From Bacteroidales bacterium (GTDB taxonomy: Bacteria; Bacteroidota; Bacteroidia; Bacteroidales; UBA7960): a stretch of 64,000 nucleotides of DNA. The stretch lies in NCBI GenBank assembly GCA_003550725.1, contig PUKZ01000191.1, forward strand, positions 18,636 through 82,635, in the 5' to 3' direction. Every line of letters begins with the position of its first letter. Within the stretch, counting starts at the first letter, position 1. Positions 27,807 to 38,608 of this stretch are shown here, in pieces. The position numbers and the translations under genes were made by a program. Below the pieces are notes generated by a model. The model did not search any database and was not told the DNA's origin. It worked only from the letters and a program-made list of their open reading frames with translations.

Positions 27807-29909
27807 TTGAGCAATTTCAAAAGTGACATATTGTGGCGTGTTTACCTTGTATATTTTTTGGTGGCATTTTTTGCAATTTTGATTGTTGCAAAGGTTTTTT
27901 ATATTCAGTTTGTTGAGGGAGATAAGTGGAGAGATGCTTTAAATGAGACAAATTTAAGGTATGCTGAGCTTGATGCTACCAGGGGAGATATATTTTCAAC
28001 CGGTGGTAATTTGCTTGCTACCAGTGTACCGGTTTATGAAATTCGCATGGATATGAGCCCTGTTGTTATACCTGATGAATTGTTTTATTCAAAAGTCGAC
28101 TCTTTGGCAGCCAATTTGGCTTTTTTGTTTGGAGACCGTACTAAGGGGCATTATCGTAACATATTGATTAATGGCAGGGAAAATCAGGAGCGTTATCTTC
28201 TTATAAGGCGTAATGTTACTTATAGTGAATTAAATCAGTTGCGTAATTTTCCTTTATTCAGGAGGGGTCGTTTTGGTGGCGGGTTAATAGTTGAAGAGAG
28301 TTTAAGGAGAGAGATGCCATATAAAAATCTTGCTGCCAGAACTATTGGATATGAAAGAGGCGGATATTATGTAGGTTTAGAGGGTGCGTATCGTGATTAT
28401 CTTGAGGGCCAAAAAGGTAAAAGGTTGATGCAAAGAACTGGTGGCGGCAATTGGATACCTGTAAATGATAAAAATAAAATAGAGCCTCGCAATGGAAATG
28501 ATATTGTTACGACCCTAAATATTAATATTCAGGATGTTGTTGATAACAGTTTGCGCAATCAATTGCGCAGGTATGATGCTGATTATGGTTCGGTTGTGGT
28601 TATGGAAGTTGCTACAGGTAAGGTGCGAGCCATTTCAAATCTTACATTAACTGATAATGGCAATTACCAAGAATTATACAATTATGCTGTGGGCGAAAGT
28701 ATAGAACCAGGCTCTACATTTAAGCTTGCTTCTATGTTGGTTGCACTTGAAGAAGGTATTGTAACCCCCGGTGAACTTATTAATACCGGAGAAGGAAGCA
28801 TTGATTATGCTGACCGCACTATGCATGATGCCGAGGAGGATGGCTTTGGAACTATTTCAGTGCAAAATGCTTTTGAGGTTTCTTCAAATGTTGGTATTTC
28901 AAAAATTATTTATGAACATTATAAAAATGATCCCCAGTCTTATATTGATAAAATCAAGGCTTTAGGATTAGGAGATAAGTTAGGGCTTGAAATTAGAGGT
29001 GAAGGCAATCCTTTTATTAAAGATGCCGGCAGCTCAGGATGGTCGGGTGTATCTCTTCCATGGATGTCAATAGGTTATGGAGTTTCTTTTACACCATTGC
29101 AAATATTATCGTTATACAATGCTGTGGCAAATGATGGTATTATGGTAAAGCCCATGTTTGTGGAAGAAGTTCGACAAACGGGTAAAAAAATCAGAAATTT
29201 TGATACCCAGGTGATAAATAACCGTCTTGCTTCAGGACAAACTATTAAAAAACTTAATGACATGCTTGTTGGAGTTGTTAAAAACGGTACTGCAAAAAAC
29301 ATAAATACTGAGGCATATCAAATAGCAGGAAAAACTGGTACTGCGCAAGTTGCTGACACAAAATTTGGTTATCGAAGAGTATCAGGAGTATATTACAATG
29401 CTTCGTTTGTGGGTTATTTTCCCGTCGATAATCCCAAGTATTCTATGATTGTTAATATTCATAATCCTAAAGGATGGATATACACCGGCAGCCAGGTTGC
29501 AGCACCTGTATTCAGGGAAGTTGCCGATAAAATTTTTGCTTCACAAATGAATTTACCATCAAAGGATTTTAAAACTCCTTCTCTTGCCTACTATCCTTCT
29601 TTCAGAGCAGGTAATTATAATGATATTTCAAAAATATATCAGCATTTTGGATGTTATGCTGAAAATAAGCCTGAAAGCCAATGGGTTTCGGCCCAAGCAA
29701 GAAAGGATACAGTAATATTTCGGGATAGGGAGTTTATTCAAAATCTTGTGCCAAATGTAGTTGGAATGAGTCTTAAGGATGCCCTGTATATACTTGAAAA
29801 TGCAGGTATGGAAGTACGCTTTTCCGGTAAGGGCATTGTACGGCGGCAAAGCATCAGACCCGGACTGAGAATAAAACCCGGAAATGTTATTGTTTTAGAA
29901 TTATCATAA
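27807..29909 (+). CDS. ftsI: Penicillin-binding protein 3 (FtsI) with C-terminal PASTA domain
   Basis: 700 aa with a TTG start. It has an N-terminal TM anchor and transpeptidase motifs GSTFKL (SxxK), SSN and KTGT. A PASTA-like C-terminus is present (VPNVVGMSLKDALYILENAGMEVRFSGKG). Confidence 0.9.
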   Translation: MSNFKSDILWRVYLVYFLVAFFAILIVAKVFYIQFVEGDKWRDALNETNLRYAELDATRGDIFSTGGNLLATSVPVYEIRMDMSPVVIPDELFYSKVDSLAANLAFLFGDRTKGHYRNILINGRENQERYLLIRRNVTYSELNQLRNFPLFRRGRFGGGLIVEESLRREMPYKNLAARTIGYERGGYYVGLEGAYRDYLEGQKGKRLMQRTGGGNWIPVNDKNKIEPRNGNDIVTTLNINIQDVVDNSLRNQLRRYDADYGSVVVMEVATGKVRAISNLTLTDNGNYQELYNYAVGESIEPGSTFKLASMLVALEEGIVTPGELINTGEGSIDYADRTMHDAEEDGFGTISVQNAFEVSSNVGISKIIYEHYKNDPQSYIDKIKALGLGDKLGLEIRGEGNPFIKDAGSSGWSGVSLPWMSIGYGVSFTPLQILSLYNAVANDGIMVKPMFVEEVRQTGKKIRNFDTQVINNRLASGQTIKKLNDMLVGVVKNGTAKNINTEAYQIAGKTGTAQVADTKFGYRRVSGVYYNASFVGYFPVDNPKYSMIVNIHNPKGWIYTGSQVAAPVFREVADKIFASQMNLPSKDFKTPSLAYYPSFRAGNYNDISKIYQHFGCYAENKPESQWVSAQARKDTVIFRDREFIQNLVPNVVGMSLKDALYILENAGMEVRFSGKGIVRRQSIRPGLRIKPGNVIVLELS

Positions 29910-29921
29910 ACATTTTTTGAT

Positions 29922-31373
29922 TTGAAATATTTGAATGACATATTATACAAAAGTAAACTACTGAAAGTAGATGGAGCTACTAACATTGAAATCAGTAATG
30001 TGGTGTTTGACTCGAGGGAGGTCAGGCCGGGCGCACTGTTTGTTGCCATACGTGGTCTTAACACTGACGGTCATTTGTTTGTTGATCAGGCAATAGAAAA
30101 AGGCGCCATAGCTGTTGTATGTGAGGAGATGCAAAAAAACCGGTCAAAAAATGTTACATGGGTGAAAGTTGATAATAGCTCTAAAGCCTTAGGGCATATT
30201 GCATCCAACTTTTTTGATTCTCCATCTTCAAAATTAAAAGTTGTTGGAATAACCGGTACTAATGGGAAAACTACTATCGCAACGTTATTGCATGAACTTG
30301 CTTTAAAAGCAGGAGAAAAAGCCGGACTGATCTCTACTGTGGCTAATAAGATTGGCGAAGAAAAAAAAGAGGCAATATATACAACACCTGATGCAATTGA
30401 GTTAAACAGGATTTTTTGTGAAATGCTCGATAAAGGATGTAAATATTGTTTTATGGAAGTAAGCTCACATGCAATCAGCCAAAACCGTATTGAAGGTATC
30501 AGGTTTGCAGGAGCTGTATTTACTAATATTTCTCATGACCACCTTGATTATCACCAATCATTTGATCAATACCTGAAAGCAAAGAAGCGATTTTTTGACC
30601 TTCTTGATAATAAAGCTTTTGCCCTTACAAATATTGATGACAAAAACGGAAGATTTATTTTGCAAAATACCGCTTCAAAAAAGTATACCTATAGCCTAAA
30701 AAGTATGGCTGATTTTAAGGGTAAATTAATTGAAAACCTTGCTTCGGGTTTACAAATGCAAATTGACGGAATTGATTTATGGTGCAAGCTGGCAGGAGAG
30801 TATAATGCTTATAACCTGTTGGCAATATATGGAACAGCCTTGTTGCTTGGATTCGACAAAAGTAATACACTAAAGTTATTAAGTAGCCTCGAAGCTGTTG
30901 AAGGACGATTCGATTATTTCGTTAATAAAGACAAAATAATGGCTATTGTTGATTATGCCCATACACCCGATGCTCTTGAAAATGTCCTGGCTGCCATTTC
31001 GAATATGCGTACCAGGAATGAAAAGGTTATTACCGTGATAGGTTGCGGCGGAGATCGCGATACTGAGAAAAGACCATTGATGGCCATAATTGCTGCAAAA
31101 TATAGCGATAATGTGATTTTTACCTCCGACAACCCACGTTTTGAAGATCCTGAATTAATCATTGGGCAGATGGAAAAAGGGCTTGACCCGGTTGAAAAGA
31201 AAAAATCAATAAGTATTACTGATCGCCTTCAGGCAATAAAAACTGCATGTAAACTGGCTGAAAAAAATGATATTATCCTGGTGGCAGGGAAGGGTCATGA
31301 AAAATATCAGGATGTAAAGGGAGAAAAAAAACTTTTTGATGATAAAAAAATACTTGAAAATTTTTTACTCTGA
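29922..31373 (+). CDS. murE: UDP-N-acetylmuramoyl-L-alanyl-D-glutamate--2,6-diaminopimelate ligase
   Basis: 483 aa with a TTG start. Motifs are DSREVRPGALFVAIRG, the P-loop GITGTNGKTT, and DNPRFEDP. Confidence 0.94.
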   Translation: MKYLNDILYKSKLLKVDGATNIEISNVVFDSREVRPGALFVAIRGLNTDGHLFVDQAIEKGAIAVVCEEMQKNRSKNVTWVKVDNSSKALGHIASNFFDSPSSKLKVVGITGTNGKTTIATLLHELALKAGEKAGLISTVANKIGEEKKEAIYTTPDAIELNRIFCEMLDKGCKYCFMEVSSHAISQNRIEGIRFAGAVFTNISHDHLDYHQSFDQYLKAKKRFFDLLDNKAFALTNIDDKNGRFILQNTASKKYTYSLKSMADFKGKLIENLASGLQMQIDGIDLWCKLAGEYNAYNLLAIYGTALLLGFDKSNTLKLLSSLEAVEGRFDYFVNKDKIMAIVDYAHTPDALENVLAAISNMRTRNEKVITVIGCGGDRDTEKRPLMAIIAAKYSDNVIFTSDNPRFEDPELIIGQMEKGLDPVEKKKSISITDRLQAIKTACKLAEKNDIILVAGKGHEKYQDVKGEKKLFDDKKILENFLL

Positions 31374-31391
31374 ATCTTAAATAAATAATAT

Positions 31392-32651
31392 ATGTTTTAT
31401 TATATTTTTGACTTTCTTGATAAAAACTTTGACATTCCCGGAACAGGGCTATTTCAGTTTATTTCTTTTAGAGCCGGCATGGCAATAATATTGTCTTTGC
31501 TTATATCATTAATGTTTGGGAAAAAGATCATCAACTATTTGAAGAGATTACAAATTGGAGAAGAAGTTCGTGATTTAGGTTTGGAAGGACAAAAGCACAA
31601 GCAAGGCATACCTACTATGGGCGGCTTAATTATTGTTGCCGCTATAATTATACCCACATTATTGCTTTCAAAACCCGATAATATATACATTATATTAATG
31701 GTTATTTCAACAATATGGTTAGCTGTTATAGGTTTAGCTGATGATTACATTAAGGTTTTCAGAAAAGACAAAAAAGGCCTTCATGGCAAGTTCAAAATAA
31801 TAGGGCAGGTTATATTGGGTATTATAGTAGGTGCAACTATTTTTTTTAATGAGTCAGTTGTTATTAGAGAAAAAACAGAAACAGATTTTGAATTTGAGCA
31901 GCCCGTGGGGCTTTTAAATATGAATCAGGATGATGAAACAATATCGCCTTTTGCCAAAGAATCTGTAAAATCAACAAAAACAACAATACCTTTTGTAAAA
32001 GACAATGAGTTGGATTATTCTGTATTGATAACCATGATTTTTGGTGAACGATACCAAAAGTATGCCTATCTTGTTTATATACCGATTGTTATACTGATAA
32101 TAACAGCTGTTTCAAATGGTGCAAATCTCACTGACGGTCTTGATGGGCTCGCTACAGGCACTTCTGCCATAATTGGCTCCACACTGGCAATACTTGCTTA
32201 TGTGTCGGGTAATATACTTTTCGCTGATTATCTCAACATTATGTATATACCGCATACCGGTGAGCTTGTTATATTTATGGCAGCATTTATCGGTGCATGT
32301 ATAGGATTTTTATGGTATAATTCATATCCGGCACAAATATTTATGGGTGATACCGGCAGTTTATCACTGGGGGGCATTATAGCTGTATTTGCTATTGTTA
32401 TCAGAAAAGAGCTCTTGATACCAATTTTATGTGGCATATTTTTTATTGAAAGTCTGTCAGTGCTTATCCAGGTAGCATGGTTCAAAATAACCAAACGTAA
32501 ACTTGGAGAAGGCAGGAGAGTTTTCAGAATGGCTCCTATTCATCATCATTACCAGATGAAAGGGCATCATGAAGCAAAAATTGTGCAACGCTTCTTTATA
32601 ATAGGTATTCTATTGGCTGTATTTTCTGTTATAACACTTAAAATAAGATAA
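31392..32651 (+). CDS. mraY: Phospho-N-acetylmuramoyl-pentapeptide transferase
   Basis: 419 aa polytopic protein with GTPTMGG-like [16 protein letters not shown] and [14 protein letters not shown] soluble insertion of about 60 aa is seen in Bacteroidota MraY. Confidence 0.94.
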   Translation: MFYYIFDFLDKNFDIPGTGLFQFISFRAGMAIILSLLISLMFGKKIINYLKRLQIGEEVRDLGLEGQKHKQGIPTMGGLIIVAAIIIPTLLLSKPDNIYIILMVISTIWLAVIGLADDYIKVFRKDKKGLHGKFKIIGQVILGIIVGATIFFNESVVIREKTETDFEFEQPVGLLNMNQDDETISPFAKESVKSTKTTIPFVKDNELDYSVLITMIFGERYQKYAYLVYIPIVILIITAVSNGANLTDGLDGLATGTSAIIGSTLAILAYVSGNILFADYLNIMYIPHTGELVIFMAAFIGACIGFLWYNSYPAQIFMGDTGSLSLGGIIAVFAIVIRKELLIPILCGIFFIESLSVLIQVAWFKITKRKLGEGRRVFRMAPIHHHYQMKGHHEAKIVQRFFIIGILLAVFSVITLKIR

Positions 32652-32716
32652 TCATGGTTAATAAATAAATCTATAAGTTGAAAAATGAATAACATAAAAT
32701 AAAAAAAGATAAACAG

Positions 32717-34063
32717 ATGGAAAGTACCGGTAATATAGTTGTATTGGGAGGAGGTGAAAGTGGAACCGGTGCTGCTTTACTGGCAAAGAAAAAAGGTTAT
32801 AGGGTATTTGTATCAGATAAAGGCAGGATAGATGATAAATATAAAGACGTTCTTAAAAATAATAATATTGAGTGGGAGGAGGAAAAGCATAGCAGGGCAA
32901 AAATTTTTAATAGTGACGAAATTATTAAAAGTCCCGGTATCCCTGAAAATGTTGATATAGTTAAAGAGTCAATTGCTTCCGGCATACCGGTAATATCGGA
33001 AATCGAGTTTGCAGGGAGATTTTCGAAAGCTAAGATGATATGTATCAGTGGAAGTAACGGCAAAACCACCACTGCAATAATGACTTTTGATATTTTAAAA
33101 AAGGCAGGATTGGATGTTTGTCTTGCAGGGAATGTGGGAGATAGCTTTGCGTGGAAATTGGCCGAGCGTGATTATGATTATTTTGTTTTGGAAATAAGCA
33201 GCTTTCAGCTTGATACAATGTTCAAGTTTAAAGCTGATATAGCTGTTTTGCTGAATATCACGCCTGATCACCTCGACAGGTATGATAAAGATTTTGTAAA
33301 GTACAGCAATTCCAAATTTAGAATTTTCCAAAATCAGGAAGTTGGTGATCATATTATTTATAATGCTGATGATCAGGTTATAGTTGAAAAAATAAAAAAA
33401 ATAAAAACAAAAGCTCTATGCTATCCTTTTTCACAAAAAGTAACATTAGATAAGGGTGCATACACAACAGACGACAAAAAAATCGTATTTAAAATTAAGA
33501 ATAAGGAGTTTTTTATGAATTTAACAGAACTACCACTACAGGGTAAACATAACATTTACAACTCAATGGCTTCGGGTATAACTGCACGTTTGCTTGATAT
33601 TCGTAAGGTTATTATCAAAGAGAGTTTGAGTGAATTCAAAAATGTTGAGCACAGGCTTGAATCAGTTAGTCTTGTCAGAGGGATAGAGTTTTTTAATGAT
33701 AGTAAAGCCACAAATGTAAATTCCACATGGTTTGCTCTTGAGAGCATGACTAAACCTGTAATCTGGATTGTCGGTGGCATGGATAAAGGTAATGATTACT
33801 CCGATTTGCAATACCTTGTAAAGCAAAAAGTTAAGGCTATTGTTTGTCTTGGAGTGAACAACGAACGCATTATTAAGGCTTTTAATGATTATAATATACC
33901 TGTTACTGAGACTCAAAGTGCCCGGGATGCTGTAAAAGCGGCATATAATATGGGCGCTCCGGGTGATGCCGTATTGTTATCACCCGCATGTGCAAGTTTT
34001 GACCTGTTTGATAATTATGAGGATAGGGGAAACCAGTTTAAACAAGCTGTTTATGATCTTTGA
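32717..34063 (+). CDS. murD: UDP-N-acetylmuramoylalanine--D-glutamate ligase
   Basis: 448 aa with VLGGGESGTGAALL and the P-loop GSNGKTTT, plus NITPDHLDRY. Confidence 0.94.
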   Translation: MESTGNIVVLGGGESGTGAALLAKKKGYRVFVSDKGRIDDKYKDVLKNNNIEWEEEKHSRAKIFNSDEIIKSPGIPENVDIVKESIASGIPVISEIEFAGRFSKAKMICISGSNGKTTTAIMTFDILKKAGLDVCLAGNVGDSFAWKLAERDYDYFVLEISSFQLDTMFKFKADIAVLLNITPDHLDRYDKDFVKYSNSKFRIFQNQEVGDHIIYNADDQVIVEKIKKIKTKALCYPFSQKVTLDKGAYTTDDKKIVFKIKNKEFFMNLTELPLQGKHNIYNSMASGITARLLDIRKVIIKESLSEFKNVEHRLESVSLVRGIEFFNDSKATNVNSTWFALESMTKPVIWIVGGMDKGNDYSDLQYLVKQKVKAIVCLGVNNERIIKAFNDYNIPVTETQSARDAVKAAYNMGAPGDAVLLSPACASFDLFDNYEDRGNQFKQAVYDL

Positions 34064-34172
34064 ATACTTAATAAATAAAAAAAGTATGCTTGTTTATATG
34101 CTTTTAATATAGTGCAATCATAAAAATATTTTTTATATAAACCAAAGCAATTTTAATTAACGAAAACAGAGA

Positions 34173-35336
34173 ATGAGTAGTTTTTTTAATAAAATAAAAG
34201 GAGATAAAACCATTTGGATGGTTGTTATTATTTTATCTGTAATTTCAGTGCTGGCTGTATACAGTTCAACCGGTACATTGGCTTATCGCATTAGAGGTGG
34301 TAATACCGAGTATTATCTTCTGAAGCATTTTATGATTTTGATTTTCGGTTTATTTTTAATGTTTTTGGCGCACAAGATCAAGTATACATATTATTCCAGG
34401 CTATCTCAAATAATGCTTATTATAGCAATACCCTTACTGATATTTACGCTTTTCCACGGTCAAACAATTCATGATGCTAACCGTTGGTTAATCTTACCTG
34501 TTATTAATATCAGTTTTCAAAGTTCAGATTTCGCCAAGCTGGCATTAATCATGTATCTTGCCAGGCTTCTTACAAAAAAGCAGGATCAGATAAAAGATTT
34601 TAAATCAGCATTTTTGCCTGTTATTTTGCCTGTATTCATTGTATGTGGCCTTATTTTGCCTGCTAACCTGTCTACTGCTATAGTTATATTTTTAACTTGT
34701 GTTGTATTGATGTTTGTAGGAAGGGTGAATTTCAAGTATATTTTTGCTATGTGTTCAATAGGCTTGGTTTTGCTTACTATATTTATTGCGGTAATGTTAA
34801 GATCACCTGACCAGGGCAGGTTATTTACCTGGCAAAGCCGGATAGAAAACTATCTTAATAAAGAGCATAGTGATACATATCAAAGTGATCAGGCAAAAAT
34901 TGCAATTGCTTCAGGCGGGGTTTTTGGTAAACTTCCGGGTAACAGTACACAACGAAACTTTTTGCCACAAGCTTTTTCAGACTTTATTTATGCAATAATT
35001 ATTGAAGAATACGGGTTAATTGCGGCTATAAGTATAGTGTTGCTCTATATGATACTTCTTTTCAGGGGTATAAGGATTGCACACCGAAGTCCCGGTAATT
35101 TCGGGACCTTACTGGCTACCGGGCTAACCTTCAGCCTGGTCTTCCAGGCAATGATCAATATGGCTGTGACGGTTGACCTGATACCGGTAACCGGCCAGCC
35201 TTTACCGCTCATAAGCATGGGAGGTACATCTTTGTGGTTTACAAGTATAGCTATAGGTATAATATTAAGTGTTAGCAGGACAATAGAAGAGAACCAGAAC
35301 CAGGAAATAGAAGGAGGTGATTATGCATCAGTATGA
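34173..35336 (+). CDS. ftsW: SEDS family cell-division peptidoglycan polymerase FtsW
   Basis: 387 aa polytopic protein with SDFIYAIIIEEYG and PLPLISMGGTS. Confidence 0.9.
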   Translation: MSSFFNKIKGDKTIWMVVIILSVISVLAVYSSTGTLAYRIRGGNTEYYLLKHFMILIFGLFLMFLAHKIKYTYYSRLSQIMLIIAIPLLIFTLFHGQTIHDANRWLILPVINISFQSSDFAKLALIMYLARLLTKKQDQIKDFKSAFLPVILPVFIVCGLILPANLSTAIVIFLTCVVLMFVGRVNFKYIFAMCSIGLVLLTIFIAVMLRSPDQGRLFTWQSRIENYLNKEHSDTYQSDQAKIAIASGGVFGKLPGNSTQRNFLPQAFSDFIYAIIIEEYGLIAAISIVLLYMILLFRGIRIAHRSPGNFGTLLATGLTFSLVFQAMINMAVTVDLIPVTGQPLPLISMGGTSLWFTSIAIGIILSVSRTIEENQNQEIEGGDYASV

Positions 35337-36432
35337 AAAATTAAGGGTTATTATAAGTGGTGGTGGTACCGGTGGACATGTGTTTCCGGCTATAGCTATA
35401 GCTGATGCCCTGAAAAAGAAAGTTCAGTTTCTACAGGTTCTGTTTGTAGGTGCAAAAGGTAAAATGGAGATGGAACAGGTACCTAAAGCAGGGTATCATA
35501 TTTTAGGACTTAATATATCAGGATTGCAGCGTAAAATTACCTACAAAAATTTATTTGTTATTCCACGGCTAATATCAAGTATGATCAAAGCAAAAAATAT
35601 CGTTAAAAGATTTAAACCCGATGTGGTGGTTGGTGTTGGCGGTTATGCAAGCGGGCCTGTTGTACATGTGGCATCAAAACGCAAGATACCTTGTGTTATA
35701 CAGGAACAAAATTCATATCCGGGGCTAACGAACAGGTTGCTTGCCAGGCGGGCAGACAGTATATGTGTTGCCTATGATGGCATGGATAAATATTTTCCCA
35801 AATCAAAAATATATTTTACCGGCAATCCTGTAAGACAAGATATTATCGATATTGAAAATAAATATGAAGAAGCAGTAAAGTTTTTCGGTCTTTCGGACCA
35901 GAAAAAAACTTTACTTGTTTTGGGAGGAAGTTTGGGGGCAAAGACAATAAACAAAAGTGTTATGGCCAATATAAACTTGTTTATTGATAATAATATACAA
36001 GTTATCTGGCAAACCGGGAAATTGTATTATCCCCAAGCCACCAAGTTTGTTAATGATAGGGCGATGGTGGGAGTTAAGATTTTGCCTTTTATTGACCGCA
36101 TGGACCTGGCTTATACTGTTTGTGATATGTTGGTTTCCAGAGCCGGAGCAATTAGCGTCAGTGAAATATGTGTAGTTCAAAAACCTGCTATTTTTATTCC
36201 GTCTCCAAATGTAGCTGAGGACCATCAAACAAAAAATGCCCTGGCTCTGGTTAATCATAATGCTGCATTGCTTGTTAAAGATTCGCAAGCAGTTGAAAAA
36301 CTTGGAAATGTGGTTTTGAATAACATTTTTGATGATGAAAAAATATATCGTTTAAAAGAAAAGTTAACCGGATTTACGGTAAAAGATTCGGCCGACAGAA
36401 TAACAAGTGTAATAATGAGTTCAATAAAATAA
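35317..36432 (+). CDS. murG: Undecaprenyldiphospho-muramoylpentapeptide beta-N-acetylglucosaminyltransferase
   Basis: The protein has SGGGTGGHVFPAIAIA and GGSLGAK. The track start is a GTG at 35317; the ATG at 35323 (MHQYEKLRVIISGGG) is the more likely start. Confidence 0.94.
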   Translation: MIMHQYEKLRVIISGGGTGGHVFPAIAIADALKKKVQFLQVLFVGAKGKMEMEQVPKAGYHILGLNISGLQRKITYKNLFVIPRLISSMIKAKNIVKRFKPDVVVGVGGYASGPVVHVASKRKIPCVIQEQNSYPGLTNRLLARRADSICVAYDGMDKYFPKSKIYFTGNPVRQDIIDIENKYEEAVKFFGLSDQKKTLLVLGGSLGAKTINKSVMANINLFIDNNIQVIWQTGKLYYPQATKFVNDRAMVGVKILPFIDRMDLAYTVCDMLVSRAGAISVSEICVVQKPAIFIPSPNVAEDHQTKNALALVNHNAALLVKDSQAVEKLGNVVLNNIFDDEKIYRLKEKLTGFTVKDSADRITSVIMSSIK

Positions 36433-36438
36433 TTTATT

Positions 36439-37812
36439 GTGGATTTAAAAACATTAAATAAGGTTTATTTTATCGGTATAGGAGGAATTGGTATGAGTGG
36501 TCTTGTCCATTTTTTCCTTGACAATGGTGTTTGCGTTGCGGGTTATGATAAAACTCGCTCGCCAATTACCGATAGGCTCATTGACAAAGGTGTCGATATA
36601 ATATTTGATGATAAACCTGAACTATTGCCTGAAAATATTGATCTTGTTATTTATACACCAGCCGTAAAAGATGAGCTCGGTATCATCAAAAAGCTCAAAA
36701 ATAGCGGCTTGAGGTTTATGAAAAGAGCAGAAGTGCTTGGAATGATTTCAAAAAATATCCCTACAATAGCTATTGCCGGCACTCATGGGAAGACTACCGT
36801 TACTTCTATGCTGGTTCATATAATGAAGTATGCCGGCATTAGAATTAATGGATTTGTAGGAGGGATAACCAAGAATTACTCTTCAAACTATATCGGTGAT
36901 GACAATCCTCAATGGATAGTAGTAGAAGCCGACGAATTTGATAAGTCTTTTCTTAAACTCAAACCTTATTATGCTGTTATAACATCAATGGATGCAGATC
37001 ATCTGGATATATATATAAATCAAAAATCACTGAAAGAAACATTTTTTCAGTTTATAAATAGTATTGATAAAAACGGACACCTGGTTATACATGACAGTTT
37101 ACCGTATCCCGATGATTTAATCGTTAAAGTAACCGGTTACAGTGTTGAAAAGCCAGGCGACATTTTTACCAGAAACTTTAGGCATAAAAATTTAATTAAC
37201 TACTTTGATGTAAAAGGTTGTGTTGATATAGATAATATAAAACTTAAAGTTCCGGGTTATCATAATGTTGAAAATAGCCTTGCTGCTATTGCAATATCTC
37301 ATTTGTTAGGTATAAAAAGCGACACAATAACGAATGCTTTAAGTACTTATGAAGGTGTTAAGAGAAGGTTTGATATAAAATGTTATAGTGATAATATAGC
37401 ATATATAGATGATTATGCACATCATCCTGAAGAGCTTAAAGCTTTTATCGGTTCTGTAAGAAATTTGTTGCCGGGGAAAAAAATAACAGGGGTCTTTCAA
37501 CCTCACCTTTACTCGCGGACAAATGATTTTATGGATGAGTTTGCTGAAAGCCTGCAGCTTCTTGATGAGCTTTTGTTATTAGATATCTACCCTGCTCGTG
37601 AAAAACCCATACAAGGGGTTTCGAGCAAGGCATTGTTCGAAAAAATAAAGCTCGAAAATAAATACATTCTTAGGAGTGACCAGGTCGTTGAATTTTTAGA
37701 AAAAAAAGATGTGGAAATACTTCTTACGATGGGCGCAGGAGATATTGACAGGCTGGTTGACCCATTAACTATATTGATGAATTACAAAATTAAAAATGAA
37801 AAGTATGGTTAA
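36439..37812 (+). CDS. murC: UDP-N-acetylmuramate--L-alanine ligase
   Basis: 457 aa with a GTG start. Motifs are FIGIGGIGMSGL, the P-loop GTHGKTT, and DDYAHHPEE. Confidence 0.94.
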   Translation: MDLKTLNKVYFIGIGGIGMSGLVHFFLDNGVCVAGYDKTRSPITDRLIDKGVDIIFDDKPELLPENIDLVIYTPAVKDELGIIKKLKNSGLRFMKRAEVLGMISKNIPTIAIAGTHGKTTVTSMLVHIMKYAGIRINGFVGGITKNYSSNYIGDDNPQWIVVEADEFDKSFLKLKPYYAVITSMDADHLDIYINQKSLKETFFQFINSIDKNGHLVIHDSLPYPDDLIVKVTGYSVEKPGDIFTRNFRHKNLINYFDVKGCVDIDNIKLKVPGYHNVENSLAAIAISHLLGIKSDTITNALSTYEGVKRRFDIKCYSDNIAYIDDYAHHPEELKAFIGSVRNLLPGKKITGVFQPHLYSRTNDFMDEFAESLQLLDELLLLDIYPAREKPIQGVSSKALFEKIKLENKYILRSDQVVEFLEKKDVEILLTMGAGDIDRLVDPLTILMNYKIKNEKYG

Positions 37813-38596
37813 GAAAATATTCAGGGTTTTTTATTATATACTTATTCCTGTTTTAATTTTTGTTTTGATGGGCTTAGCTATTGAATCAAATAATTTACTT
37901 GTTTGCAACTCTATTAACGTCAATGTTGATCGTTCTTGTGGAAATTATTTTATTGAGCCGGCTGAAATAAATCAAGAGGTTTACACAAAGTTTGATACCA
38001 CCGGTGGAAATTATTTAAACAGACAGAGTTTGAACAAAATTGAGAATTTCATTACCGGAATGACTTATGTGAGGGATGCTGATGTGTATAGAACAATTAA
38101 CGGTAAGCTTCATACTGATATTACTCAACGCCGGCCTTTAATTAGAGTGGTTAATGCTAGCGGGCAAAGTTTTTATATCGATACTGATGGCCGGTTAATG
38201 CCTTTGAGCAGTGATTATACTGCACGTGTCATGGTTGTTAGTGGTAGTATAAACAGCCAATATTCACCTTTAGTTGATTTGAATCAGTTGTCGGAAGAGG
38301 AGTTGAATGAGCAGGAATATTCAGTGATGAAAGACATTTTTAAATTAGCTGAATATATTGATAATCATAGTTTATTGAATGTTTTTATTGGCCAAATGTA
38401 TGTTTGTTCAGATAAAAAATTTAAGCTTATTCCCAAAAATGGTTCACATATAATTGAGTTTGGCAGTATTGACAGAATGGAACAAAAATTTAACAAGCTT
38501 TGGGTTTTTTATAATTACGGGCTTACTCAAACAGGATGGAATAAATATTCTAGAATAAATCTTAAATATAAGAATCAAGTTGTTTGTGCAAAATAA
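37796..38596 (+). CDS. ftsQ: Cell division protein FtsQ
   Basis: 266 aa with a single N-terminal TM helix and a POTRA-like region. It occupies the canonical murC-ftsQ-ftsA position. Confidence 0.75.
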   Translation: MKSMVKKIFRVFYYILIPVLIFVLMGLAIESNNLLVCNSINVNVDRSCGNYFIEPAEINQEVYTKFDTTGGNYLNRQSLNKIENFITGMTYVRDADVYRTINGKLHTDITQRRPLIRVVNASGQSFYIDTDGRLMPLSSDYTARVMVVSGSINSQYSPLVDLNQLSEEELNEQEYSVMKDIFKLAEYIDNHSLLNVFIGQMYVCSDKKFKLIPKNGSHIIEFGSIDRMEQKFNKLWVFYNYGLTQTGWNKYSRINLKYKNQVVCAK

Positions 38597-38608
38597 AAAA
38601 ATAAATAT

